DNA from: an uncultured Bacteroidales bacterium
GTDB lineage: Bacteria > Bacteroidota > Bacteroidia > Bacteroidales > Muribaculaceae
Reading direction: 5' to 3'
DNA: 64,000 bases
Assembly (NCBI GenBank): GCA_902779125.1
Contig: CACZAC010000015.1
Location: 4,155 to 68,154 of the forward strand
Below are positions 49,301 to 57,923 of the stretch, one piece after another. Under the pieces are notes generated by a model. The model was not told the origin of the DNA. It was given only the letters and a program-made list of their open reading frames with translations, and searched no databases. Position numbers and translations under genes: made by a program. Each line of letters opens with the position of its first letter. Position 1 is the first letter of the stretch.

Positions 49301-49686
49301 AGCACTCCAAGTTCATCAAGAGCCTGAATCTGCTTGTCATAGTTCTCCAGCCAACCTCTCATGTTGGCAGGTATGTTGTTCGGGTCAAATGAGCCACTGT
49401 CAGTGAAGCCCAGGATGCTCGTCGTGCGGTCGTCGCCCGAAACGATGACATAACCCTTGTCGTTTGTGGTGTTGAAAATGTAGTAATTTGGTTGGGTCAC
49501 TGTTGCGTGCCCGTTCATCTTGCGGGGTGTGCGTGAAACGGGTGTGGACTGTACAATGACGCCAGGACGGCGTTCCTGCATGAACTGCTTGGCTGCCTGT
49601 TGGGCCTGGCTCGGTGTCACAGGCGCTGCTGTCGCTGTCGCTAGCGTCGCTAGCAAAACAGACGCAAAAATTAAAAATTTCTTCAT
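46357..49686 (-). CDS. C10 family cysteine protease (streptopain/interpain-like) with propeptide, Ig-like domains and C-terminal dockerin-like repeat
   Basis: YYIFN..GYVIVSGDDR propeptide; WDQGAPY, TGCVATSMAQIM (Cys), GHSFVCDGY (His), HINWGWGG (Asn); GDVNNDGKISITDV...DVNGDNKVSIADV. Confidence 0.92.
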   Translation of the reverse strand: MKKFLIFASVLLATLATATAAPVTPSQAQQAAKQFMQERRPGVIVQSTPVSRTPRKMNGHATVTQPNYYIFNTTNDKGYVIVSGDDRTTSILGFTDSGSFDPNNIPANMRGWLENYDKQIQALDELGVLGTGFSTPRPTRNSISPLVTSHWDQGAPYWDHCPEFMDITEEGDTVGELAYTGCVATSMAQIMNYYKFPLSISQPIPSYLVTFYMNEEYGVFETDMLEPMYFDWDNMKDRYTGAETQAEKDAVAWLMLYAGCAAHMQYGLNASSTSDPYIPTALNDYFNYDAKLVYRSDYDQAQWEDMIYNELVEGRPMIYNGRAGTGGGHSFVCDGYAYGDYFHINWGWGGLGDGYFVLSVLNPYAGGIGATTSLEGYNIDQTAIIGIQPGYSGQPEEVDHRLTVWNMYYTGTRSFERSDDGYFKLNKRRYIKVTAEDHIDDGTKYLRGIALYDANDNFIEIIAQTYYGTSFISITDSWPENQSSITYPFGKDLPNGDYKIVPVSSVQGSNDWKPMIESDRYYIQATINGNMITMTDHPIVNLEATNFEFTGGEKVGLAEQCHVTVKNNSGDRYSGRLFLYVDNEPMDEYGEYTTVVEAEIPAGGTKVVTFNFTPKNAGNKSAHLSTFDSSWNSGIPGTGSVNIAGSTVYPMNLSVEINALNADENMVIYDSHIKFKVEVTNNNTEGEYNRYILAPLFIVDENNHGTMITYLSRNVLIPAGETQTFYFEFDNLAFGSRYALNIFGRNENEVTTNLVNPGESKYYTIDRGMVVWDGNGNRVGYKPYNGIRVPENAAAVSIEGLDLTSLIPNENPNTLYYIGNSEKYIPAGLEARNVIQNHVAQRDIILKHGYDFYAPYRFSAANISYERTFTRGRHAGQTGGWSTMVLPFAATSVTADGNAIDWMHSKADAKGLWICNFDKEEDSADEARLLAEYMGNQLEANVPYFVAPYDGANGTDMRGKTYVFSASNVTVKPNPSAITSGTYHMVNGEYAQKTVEDAYFLNNEGSFFVKAATGKVNAFEAYAANIKTSEATQFQIVLDENAEDGPDFLLGDVNNDGKISITDVADLIDYLAMGEEFVTINLDAADVNGDNKVSIADVADLIDLVLGME

Positions 49687-49883
49687 TGGTTTATGTTAAT
49701 GTTGATAAATATTATTATGGTTTTTATGATATATCTTAATCATCCTTGGGGACGAAAAGTGTGCAAAAATATAATATTTTTTAAAAATATGCAATTTTAG
49801 GCACAAAAATGATATCTTGTGCCTAAAATTTTTTAGATTGTTAGCTAAAAAGCCCTCTAAAATGACGCTTTGTATTTTTGCTA

Positions 49884-50822
49884 TTAGTTTTCTGTGTTTT
49901 TCTTGTCTTCTGTGGTCTGATGAGTAGAATTGACATTTTTCTTGTTGTGGACGCGCACCTTCAACTCGTCGAAGCCGAAGCCGTAGACACCGTTGACGTT
50001 GCTCTGGGTGATGATGGCCTCGCGGTCGGTCTCCTTGATGATGCGGAAGATATTGACGCTCTCATGCTTGCGGCACATCACCATGAGGATTTTGACGGGA
50101 TCCTTGGTGTACCAGCCGGTGCCGTCGAGGATGGTGCAGCCACGATGTGCTTCTTTAATGACGTTGTCGGCAATCTCTTGCCATTTCTTGCTGATAATCT
50201 GGAACTGCACGCTCTGGCGTGTGTTGTTGATGACGCGGTCGGCCGATACCGAATAGATGACCATGAAGATGAGACCGTACACGATTTTGTCAATCGAGTG
50301 GAAAAGCAGCCACGACGAGCAGATGATGAGCACGTCACAATACATCATTGTGCGGCCAAACGACACCGTGCTGTACTTGGCCACCATGGCTGCGATGATG
50401 TCGGTGCCGCCGGTGCTGCCGTTGTGGGTAAAGACCACGCCCAAGCCCAGACCGCACAGCACGGCGCCCAGGATGACGTTCATGAACGTCTGCTGCTCAA
50501 TGATGGGCGTGGGGAACATGGGTTGCAGCACGCCAATCATGATGGTGGCGATTGTAGCCCCCATGACCGTGCGCAGCACGAATTGCTTGCCCACACTGCG
50601 AAAGGCAATGGCCAGCAGGATGATATTGATGGCATAGTAGGTGACGGCTACATTCCATCCGAGCCAGAAGTGGATGAGCGATGACAAACCCGTCACACTG
50701 CCAATCACGATTTCCTCAGGGAGGATAAACGCCGTGAAACCAAAGGCGTAGCAGAACAGGCCCAAGGTAATCATCACATAATCTTGGGCGCTGTTCAATA
50801 TTTTTCTTGTGTTTTCTGTCAT
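49884..50822 (-). CDS. YitT family membrane protein (DUF161 plus DUF2179)
   Basis: GSVTGLS, NGSTGGTDIIA, RGCTILDGTGWYT, DREAII. Confidence 0.92.
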   Translation of the reverse strand: MTENTRKILNSAQDYVMITLGLFCYAFGFTAFILPEEIVIGSVTGLSSLIHFWLGWNVAVTYYAINIILLAIAFRSVGKQFVLRTVMGATIATIMIGVLQPMFPTPIIEQQTFMNVILGAVLCGLGLGVVFTHNGSTGGTDIIAAMVAKYSTVSFGRTMMYCDVLIICSSWLLFHSIDKIVYGLIFMVIYSVSADRVINNTRQSVQFQIISKKWQEIADNVIKEAHRGCTILDGTGWYTKDPVKILMVMCRKHESVNIFRIIKETDREAIITQSNVNGVYGFGFDELKVRVHNKKNVNSTHQTTEDKKNTEN

Positions 50823-50985
50823 AGTTTTTGGAATGATTTAGAAATTTCGGCGCAAAATTACTGATTTTTTTCCGTATTTCACTGATTTGCACTGAGAATT
50901 CCCGATGTAGTTAAAATAAATGTGTTCTCATGGCGTTATTCTAACAAACAGTGACTCATTATATATTATATAGAGAAATACTATT

Positions 50986-51327
50986 ATGCTTACTAGATTA
51001 ATTGTTTCGGCGCTGGCGGTTCTCATTGCTGCCTATACCCTTGACGGTGTAACCGTGACCCCATGGTGGTGGGCCTTTGTCATTGCTATCGTGCTCGGTT
51101 TCATCAACGCGTTTATCAAGCCTGTTGTCAAGTTGCTGGCGTTGCCCATCAACATGCTCACCTTGGGCCTCTTCACCTTTATCATCAACGGATTGATGGT
51201 ACTGCTGTGCGCATGGCTGCTGGCACCGCACTTCGACGTCGCCAACCTGGGTTGGGCAATTGGATTCAGCATCGCTCTCACGATAGTTAACTGGATTCTT
51301 GACCTTCTTATCCCCTCTAAGAAGTAA
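50986..51327 (+). CDS. YvlD/DUF360 4-TM 'phage holin family IV' membrane protein
   Basis: VLGFINAFIKPVVKLLALPINMLTLGLFTFIING. Confidence 0.9.
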   Translation: MLTRLIVSALAVLIAAYTLDGVTVTPWWWAFVIAIVLGFINAFIKPVVKLLALPINMLTLGLFTFIINGLMVLLCAWLLAPHFDVANLGWAIGFSIALTIVNWILDLLIPSKK

Positions 51328-51373
51328 TACACCCAAAAACAAGCTTATATATAGAATATAAGAAAACAAAAAT

Positions 51374-51418
51374 ACAAGAAGTGCAATTTGTTGAAAATCA
51401 AACATTTGCACTTCTTGT
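51374..51418. terminator. Hairpin between convergent genes
   Basis: acaagaagtgcaa...ttgcacttcttgt 13-bp stem. Confidence 0.7.
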
Positions 51419-51528
51419 GTTGCTTACTCGGCAGTGCGCGAACCCCAAAAATCTTCGCGGCTTAGCGACTTAGCGTGAGGTCCAAGGAACGCCGATACCC
51501 ATCAGAGAACTCAGATAATTCAGTTGTT

Positions 51529-52437
51529 TTACCTGACGACGATTTTCTTGCCCTGGTGGATGTAGATGCCGGGGGTTGTCGGCACATCCTTGCCCACGGG
51601 CTTTCCCATCAGGTTGTAATAATATGAATCAGTATCTTGAGGGCTACGAGACGGCTCAGCCACCACCTCATCGACGCCGTCGAAGGCACCCTCACGATAG
51701 CGCATGCCTTTGTAGATGATTTTGCCGTCTTTTACCACATGGCTCAGACCGCACCATTCCTGGTAATCGGCATTTGGGTCGGGCTTGCGTGTGAACGGAG
51801 TCAACAAATCACCCATGTCATAACTGTCAAAACCGATACTCTCGACGACATAGGCCAGCGTGTCGCCCTGCTCGCCGATGTAGGCTAATCGTCTTTGACA
51901 TAGTTTGCCATCAATCACTATGGGATCTGCAATGATAAGGTTATCCGTGGTCAGTATCTGAGGCTCAGTTTGATTATAAACATAATTTGAAACCATATCC
52001 CCTGGTATCGCATATGAAAACATATAGAGTATATCAAAATCATAGATTGTTATACAACTGCGTTTAATCATATTCCGATTTTCAGCGCATATTCTCTGAT
52101 AGGGCCAATTGTTAAAGCTATCGATTCCTCCTCCACCTTCATGTAATATGCTGATAATGCTATCATTATCTGGATCTATTTGAGAACCAGTGTAATAATG
52201 ACACATTTCAAAGCAACCATCATCAGGGTTCTCTTCGATTTCGGGACAAATTTGCTTTTTTCCCAAAATCTCGTATGTATAGTAGTAACTTGTGGTGTCA
52301 CCGTGATTGACAATCACCTTCTCATTGACCCATTTCACACCTTCTCGAACCGTGGGAACATATTCGAGTGCCCATTGTGCCACCGCCTGGGTCACACCCA
52401 GCAGGGCCAACAAAATAATTAGTAATGTCTTTTTCAT
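51529..52437 (-). CDS. Paralog of 41761-43332 with a single 'YVPTVREGVKW' domain and a T9SS-like C-terminus
   Basis: Same leader and C-terminal YYNLMGKPVGKDVPTTPGIYIHQGKKIVVR. Flanked by the same repeat family (aatcttcgcggcttagcgacttagcgtgagg at about 51450-51480; cttagcgcccttagcgtgagag and gtgcggatgccaaatt at about 52678-52724). Confidence 0.85.
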   Translation of the reverse strand: MKKTLLIILLALLGVTQAVAQWALEYVPTVREGVKWVNEKVIVNHGDTTSYYYTYEILGKKQICPEIEENPDDGCFEMCHYYTGSQIDPDNDSIISILHEGGGGIDSFNNWPYQRICAENRNMIKRSCITIYDFDILYMFSYAIPGDMVSNYVYNQTEPQILTTDNLIIADPIVIDGKLCQRRLAYIGEQGDTLAYVVESIGFDSYDMGDLLTPFTRKPDPNADYQEWCGLSHVVKDGKIIYKGMRYREGAFDGVDEVVAEPSRSPQDTDSYYYNLMGKPVGKDVPTTPGIYIHQGKKIVVR

Positions 52438-52791
52438 AATAGTAAATGCTTTATTTGGTTTTAATAGTTATTAGAGCTTTGCAAAGATATAGTATTTCAA
52501 ATAAATTCACAGTTACCCCCCCGTTTTAACATTACTTTAACATATAAGGACAAATTTGTCATGCGAACGTATTAATCATACTGATATAGGTAATGCGTTG
52601 GACATCGCCTTGGCATGGCCAAATCCTTTAATAGTGATCCATTAATCGTTGAGTGCGAAAGCTAATAAAACTTCGTGACTTAGCGCCCTTAGCGTGAGAG
52701 CTAAGGAGTGCGGATGCCAAATTAGTTTAATTGGCTACGCCGGGCAAAAGGTTCACGTAATTAGTAGTTTAGAAAAGAGAGCAGCTGATGC

Positions 52792-53421
52792 CTATTCGTC
52801 TTCAAACTTGATGGTATTGCGGCTTGTGCTCTCGATGCGGCGGTTGCGCCAGCAACGGCGGCACAATGCCACATACTTGTCGTCACCGCCGATTTCGACC
52901 TGGTCACCGTCGGTGACGATGTTGCCCTGGGAGTCGATGCGGGCATTGATGATGGTCTTGCGGCCACAGGAGCAGGTCGATTTGATTTCCTCGATGGTGT
53001 CGGCGAGCTCCATCAGCCGCCTGGAACCCTCGAACAGATGGGACTGGAAGTCGGTCCTCAGGCCATAGCACACCACGTTGACGCCATAGTCGTCAACGAT
53101 GCGAGCGAGCTGGTCGATTTGTGCCGCCGAGAGGAACTGCGACTCGTCGATAAGAATCCAGTCCTTGACGGTGAGCGTTTTTTCAAACATCTCCTTGAGC
53201 ATCTCATACAGGTCACTCTCGGGGTAAATCCATGAGCACTTGCGCTCGATGCCGATGCGTGAGCGGATGACGTTGTCGTTCTCGCGGTCGTCAATGATGG
53301 GCTTCATGCACAGGTATTGCATGCCGCGCTCCTCAAAGTTATAGGCCTGAGTGAGCAGCAATGCGGTCTTGGCCGACCCCATGGTGCCGTATTTGAAATA
53401 TAATTTACCTACTCCGTTCAT
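52792..53421 (-). CDS. tdk: Thymidine kinase
   Basis: YGTMGSAKT, ILIDESQF, CYGLRTDF, CSCGRK, YVALCRRCW; start moved to 53421. Confidence 0.96.
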   Translation of the reverse strand: MNGVGKLYFKYGTMGSAKTALLLTQAYNFEERGMQYLCMKPIIDDRENDNVIRSRIGIERKCSWIYPESDLYEMLKEMFEKTLTVKDWILIDESQFLSAAQIDQLARIVDDYGVNVVCYGLRTDFQSHLFEGSRRLMELADTIEEIKSTCSCGRKTIINARIDSQGNIVTDGDQVEIGGDDKYVALCRRCWRNRRIESTSRNTIKFEDE

Positions 53422-53583
53422 GTTAATGCTGGTGTAAAGTGCTAATTTGCAGGTTGAAGTCTTATGAGCCACATTTGCGCAAAGACCGACAACAAAGTTA
53501 CTGATTTACTTTCACTCCGCCGCAAGTTTCATCCCAAAAAAGTTATTAACACAATGATTTCACTCCTATAGCCGGGGTGGAGT

Positions 53584-53628
53584 AAACGCAAACGGCAATT
53601 GCCACATGGGCAGTTGCCGTTTGCGTTT
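53584..53628. terminator. Long hairpin, probable terminator of the aspS-nif3-zinc ribbon operon
   Basis: aaacgcaaacggcaa...ttgccgtttgcgttt 15-bp stem. Confidence 0.7.
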
Positions 53629-53722
53629 CTTGTAGTGATGGTTCCCGATGGCTAAGGCTGACTGCGATGTCGGCCTCTGGGCCCGTTCCACTACACCTCC
53701 AGGGCTATGGATGCCGTTGGAG

Positions 53723-54493
53723 TTATTTGTTCTTCGCCTCTTCGGGGGCGATACCTACCAGTTCGGGATCGATAAGGATGCGTCCGCAGTACTCACAGAC
53801 GATGACCTTCTTGTGCATCTTGATTTCCATCTGGCGCTGGGCGGGGATGCGGTTGAAGCAGCCGCCACACGCGTTGCGCTGTACCACAACGATGCCGAGG
53901 CCGTTGCGGGTGTTCTTGCGGATGCGCTTGAACGCGGTCAAGAGTCGCTCCTCAATCTTGTTCTCCTGCTTCTTGGCCTTCTCGCGCAGGGTCTCCTCCT
54001 TCTGCTTGTTCTCCGAAACGATCTCGTTGAGCTCGCTCTTCTTCTCCTCGAGGGCGTGCTCACGGTCGGTACACATTTCCCTGGCTTTCTCGATTTCGCC
54101 CTGAAGCGCTTCGGCACGGCGTGCGGCCTCATTCATTTTCTTCTCGGCGAGCTCGATGTTGAGGTGCTGGTACTCAATCTCCTTGGTCAGGTAGTCATAC
54201 TCACGGTTGTTGCGCACGTTGTCCTGGTCGGCGGTGTATTTGTCGATCATGGCTTCGGACTGTTGCTTGATGTCCTTGTTGCGGGCAATTTCTTCTTTCT
54301 GGGCTGCTACCTCGTCCTGGAACTTGGCCACGCGGGTGTGCAGACCGGCGATTTCATCTTCGAGGTCCTGCACTTCCTGGGGCAATTCGCCTCTCAGGGT
54401 CTTGATAGCGTCAATCTCAGAAAGCTTCTGCTGCAAGTCATAGAGCGCTTTCAGTTTCTCTTCAACGGTGAGTTCTTTCTTCTGTGTTGCCAT
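53723..54493 (-). CDS. Coiled-coil C4 zinc-ribbon protein (DUF164/CT398-like)
   Basis: Long coiled coil, NNREY, CGGCF..IP, CEYCGRIL. Confidence 0.93.
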   Translation of the reverse strand: MATQKKELTVEEKLKALYDLQQKLSEIDAIKTLRGELPQEVQDLEDEIAGLHTRVAKFQDEVAAQKEEIARNKDIKQQSEAMIDKYTADQDNVRNNREYDYLTKEIEYQHLNIELAEKKMNEAARRAEALQGEIEKAREMCTDREHALEEKKSELNEIVSENKQKEETLREKAKKQENKIEERLLTAFKRIRKNTRNGLGIVVVQRNACGGCFNRIPAQRQMEIKMHKKVIVCEYCGRILIDPELVGIAPEEAKNK

Positions 54494-54503
54494 AAATTAT
54501 TTT

Positions 54504-54538
54504 AGTTTTCAGTTTTCAGTTTTCAGTTTTCAGTTTTC
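54504..54538. repeat. Heptamer tandem repeat (AGTTTTC)x5
   Basis: Five perfect copies ending 10 nt before the zinc-ribbon start codon. Confidence 0.95.
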
Positions 54539-54573
54539 AGTTGCTGCTGAAACCTGTTGACTGACAACTTATT

Positions 54574-55374
54574 TTATAGATAATTGACTTGATTCAATTC
54601 ATTTTTTGCAAAAGTGACTGCAAAGGTAGGATTTTTTTTCTGAATTATCTCCAAAAAAATCTCTTTTGTGTAATGTTCACTCTCATAGTGCCCGATATCG
54701 GCCACCACAATACGCTGGCTGTTGTCCAGGAAATCATGGTAGCGCATGTCGGCGGTTACATAGAGCTGGGCGCCCATCTCGACCGATTTGTCGAGCAGGA
54801 AACCGCCTGCGCCGCCACACAGCGCCACGCGTGAGACGATGGTGTTTCCGTCGCCGCTATAGCGCACGGCGCTCACCTCGAAGGCCTCCTTGACGCGCTT
54901 CAGCACCTCGCGGGCGGGCATCGGCTCGATGTCGCCGATGACGCCGTAACCTGCTGTGGTGCTGCCTTGTTCGCCATAGGGCTGCACCGCATTGCTGTCA
55001 AGGAACTGCACGTTGGTCATCCCGATTTTGTCGGCCATGCGGAAGGAAACACCTTGCCAGGCACTGTCCATATTGGTGTGGGCACTGTAGATGGTGATGT
55101 CGTGCTTGATGGCCATCGCCACGGTGCGCTCGACGGGCGTGCGTCCCATGATTTTCTTCAGGCCGCGGAAGATGAGCGGGTGGTGGGAGATGACCAGGTT
55201 GTAGCCGCGGTCTATGGCCTCGGCAACGACAACCTCGGTGGCGTCGGTACACAGGAGCACGCCTGTGATTTCGGCGTCGGGGTCGCCCACCTGGATGCCC
55301 GCATTGTCCCACTCCTCTTGAAGCCTCAAGGGAGCATATTGCTCGATGGCGTCGGTGATTTCTCTTATCTTCAT
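54574..55374 (-). CDS. Nif3-like dinuclear metal centre protein (YbgI family)
   Basis: QEEWDNAG, ISHHPLIF, YSAHTNMD, ALCGGAG, GHYESE. Confidence 0.95.
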   Translation of the reverse strand: MKIREITDAIEQYAPLRLQEEWDNAGIQVGDPDAEITGVLLCTDATEVVVAEAIDRGYNLVISHHPLIFRGLKKIMGRTPVERTVAMAIKHDITIYSAHTNMDSAWQGVSFRMADKIGMTNVQFLDSNAVQPYGEQGSTTAGYGVIGDIEPMPAREVLKRVKEAFEVSAVRYSGDGNTIVSRVALCGGAGGFLLDKSVEMGAQLYVTADMRYHDFLDNSQRIVVADIGHYESEHYTKEIFLEIIQKKNPTFAVTFAKNELNQVNYL

Positions 55375-55384
55375 CTGTCGTTTT

Positions 55385-55460
55385 TAGTTTCTAGTCCCTA
55401 GTTTCTAGTTCTTCGATAGCTGATGCCGGCTAGGGACTAGAAACTAAGGACTAGGGACTA
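55385..55460. repeat. Inverted repeat built from heptamers (tagtttc/tagtccc x4 ... gggacta/gaaacta x4)
   Basis: Occupies the aspS-nif3 intergenic gap. Confidence 0.85.
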
Positions 55461-55463
55461 TAT

Positions 55464-57245
55464 TCAAATCTTGTCCTCGGCTTTCAGGCGCTCGCGGTCA
55501 ATGTCGATGTAGAGCTCGTCGAGCTGGCTTTGGTCCACGGGGCTGGGAGCATCGAGCATGACGTCGCGGCCGCTATTGTTCTTGGGGAAGGCGATGCAGT
55601 CGCGGATGCTGTCCAGACCTGCCATGATGGAAACAAAGCGGTCGAAACCGAAGGCCAAACCGGCGTGGGGAGGTGCACCGTACTTGAACGCATTGATCAG
55701 GAAGCCGAACTGTGCCATGGCGCGCTCGGGGGTGAAGCCCAGGATGTCAAACATCTTGGCCTGCAGCTTACCGTCGTGGATACGCAGGCTGCCGCCGCCC
55801 ACCTCGATGCCGTTGCACACAAAGTCGTAGGCCTTGGCGCGCACCTTCTCGGGATGCTCGTCGAGCAGGGGAATGTCGTCGGGGTTGGGCATGGTGAACG
55901 GGTGGTGCGTCGCCATCAGGCGCTGCTCCTCGTCGCTCCACTCAAACAGCGGGAAGTCGATAATCCAGAGACACTCGAATTTGTTCTTGTCCCTCAGACC
56001 CAGACGCTCGCCCATCTCCAGACGCAGGGTACACAGTTGCACGCGGGTCTTGTTGGCGTTGTCGCCGCTCATGATGAGAACGAGGTCACCGTCCTTGGCA
56101 CCCATCTTCTCCTTGAGCTGCTGCCATACGGCGGGCTCATAGAATTTGTCGATGCTGCTCTTGACGGTGCCGTCGCTGTTGAACTTGACATATACCAAGC
56201 CCTTGGCGCCCACCTGGGGACGTTTCACGAAGTCTACCAGGCCGTCAAGCTGCTTGCGGGTGTAGTCGGCGCAGCCGGGAGCGCAGATGGCGCCGATGTA
56301 GTTGGCCTCGTTGAATACGGGGAAGGTGCCGGTGCCCTTGAGCACATCATCCACCTCGACAAAGGTCATGCCGAAGCGGCGGTCGGGCTTGTCACTGCCG
56401 TACAGGCGCATCGCGTCGTGCCAGGTCATCTGGTCGAGTTTCTCGGGCAGGTCCACACCGCGCACTTTCTTGAACAGGTGACGTGCCAGGCCCTCAAATA
56501 CCTCGATGACGTCCTCCTGGTCCACGAAGCTCATCTCGCAGTCAATCTGGGTGAACTCGGGCTGACGGTCGGCACGCAGGTCCTCGTCGCGGAAGCACTT
56601 GGCAATCTGGAAGTAGCGGTCAAAGCCGGCTACCATCAGCAGCTGCTTGAGCGTTTGGGGGCTCTGGGGCAGTGCGTAGAACTGACCGGGATTCATGCGC
56701 GAGGGCACGATGAAGTCGCGTGCACCCTCGGGTGTGGAACCGATAAGGATAGGTGTTTCTACCTCAAGGAAGCCCTTGTCATCCAAGTAGTTGCGGATAA
56801 GGATGGCCATGTCGTGGCGCAGTTCCAGATTCTTGCGAACGGCGTTGCGACGCAAGTCCAGATAGCGGTATTTCATTCTCAGGTCGTCGCCACCGTCGGT
56901 GTTGTCCTCGATGGTGAACGGCGGGGTGATGCTCTCGCTCAGGATATTAAGTTTGCTGGCAATAATCTCGATGTCGCCAGTGGGGATGTTAGCGTTCTTG
57001 CTGGAACGCTCGGCAACGGTGCCTTCGACCTGGATGACATATTCACGTCCCAGGTGGTTGGCACGCTCACACAGGTCAGCGTCCACCTCGTTGTTAAACA
57101 CGATTTGAGTGATGCCATAGCGGTCACGCAGGTCCACAAAGGTCATGCCGCCCATCTTGCGGGTGCGCTGTACCCAGCCTGCCAGAGTTACGACTTCGCC
57201 CACATTGGCAAGACGAAGTTCGCCATTAGTCTTGGTTCTATACAT
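55464..57245 (-). CDS. aspS: Aspartate--tRNA ligase
   Basis: [66 protein letters not shown]. Confidence 0.98.
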   Translation of the reverse strand: MYRTKTNGELRLANVGEVVTLAGWVQRTRKMGGMTFVDLRDRYGITQIVFNNEVDADLCERANHLGREYVIQVEGTVAERSSKNANIPTGDIEIIASKLNILSESITPPFTIEDNTDGGDDLRMKYRYLDLRRNAVRKNLELRHDMAILIRNYLDDKGFLEVETPILIGSTPEGARDFIVPSRMNPGQFYALPQSPQTLKQLLMVAGFDRYFQIAKCFRDEDLRADRQPEFTQIDCEMSFVDQEDVIEVFEGLARHLFKKVRGVDLPEKLDQMTWHDAMRLYGSDKPDRRFGMTFVEVDDVLKGTGTFPVFNEANYIGAICAPGCADYTRKQLDGLVDFVKRPQVGAKGLVYVKFNSDGTVKSSIDKFYEPAVWQQLKEKMGAKDGDLVLIMSGDNANKTRVQLCTLRLEMGERLGLRDKNKFECLWIIDFPLFEWSDEEQRLMATHHPFTMPNPDDIPLLDEHPEKVRAKAYDFVCNGIEVGGGSLRIHDGKLQAKMFDILGFTPERAMAQFGFLINAFKYGAPPHAGLAFGFDRFVSIMAGLDSIRDCIAFPKNNSGRDVMLDAPSPVDQSQLDELYIDIDRERLKAEDKI

Positions 57246-57391
57246 TGTTGAAATTTGTATTGATATGGTTGTTAAGTTATTGTCTACTCTTTAAACATAC
57301 AAAATTACTACATTATTGCCACAAATGTATCGAATTGAGCCAAAAAAATCGAAAAACCACGGATTTGACATACCGCGTTAAAAGATGATGG

Positions 57392-57753
57392 ACCGTTGAC
57401 TGCGTGTCGAAGGTAGGCTGTGTTTCGGGATTGCCAATAAAAAAAATGTCTTTTTGGGAAACAAATCAAGATGCGTCATGAAGTTCCTCTTCGAGGCACT
57501 TGCTTTGCTTAGTTCCATGACCAAGCTGCGAACCTCTTTGAGGTTCTTGCATGGTCTTTAAGATTGAAATCGGTTCTTCGAACCGCTAACATCTTCGATG
57601 TTTTTATCTGAGGCTAATTAAAAAAGTGTCTTTTTTTTGGCACTCCGCTCAACTTGCACTACCGTTGACTGTGTGTCGAAGGTAGGCTGCGTTTCGGGAT
57701 TGCCAATAAAAAAAATGTCTTTTTTTTTGGCACTCCGCTCAACTTGCACTACC
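57392..57753. repeat. Duplicated 64-bp and 44-bp segments enclosing a multi-hairpin block upstream of tRNA-Pro
   Basis: 57392-57455 is nearly identical to 57661-57724; 57620-57663 is nearly identical to 57709-57753. Confidence 0.85.
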
Positions 57754-57777
57754 TTTGCACCGCTTTTAACGAGAGTT

Positions 57778-57852
57778 CGGGGTGTAGCGCAGTCCGGTTA
57801 GCGCGCCTGCTTTGGGAGCAGGAGGTCCCTGGTTCGAATCCAGGTACCCCGA
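57778..57852 (+). tRNA. tRNA-Pro(TGG)
   Basis: CGGGGTG acceptor, cctgc-tt-TGG-ga-gcagg anticodon arm, GGTTCGAATCC T-loop; TACCTTTG -7 box at 57750-57757. Confidence 0.97.
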
Positions 57853-57868
57853 CAGAATACTGAAAGAC

Positions 57869-57904
57869 AAAAACGGCAGGACCATTTGGCCCTGCCATTT
57901 TTTT
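57869..57904. terminator. Bidirectional terminator (tRNA-Pro and 57924 gene)
   Basis: A-run, ggcagg/cctgcc stem, T-run. Confidence 0.75.
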
Positions 57905-57923
57905 ATTGTGATGATTGGTTGGA

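Noticed and set aside
50986-51327. Prophage suggested by the 'holin' annotation
   Set aside because: YvlD/DUF360 proteins are common chromosomal membrane proteins; no endolysin, structural or integrase genes are nearby.
41761-52437. Diversity-generating retroelement (TR/VR) between the paralogous C-termini
   Set aside because: Differences are not restricted to adenines, both copies are coding, and no reverse transcriptase is present.
53520-53722. RNase P RNA or SRP RNA after the nif3-zinc ribbon genes
   Set aside because: Too short for rnpB and lacks GAGGAAAGTCC; no SRP helix-8 GGAA/CAGC motif seen.
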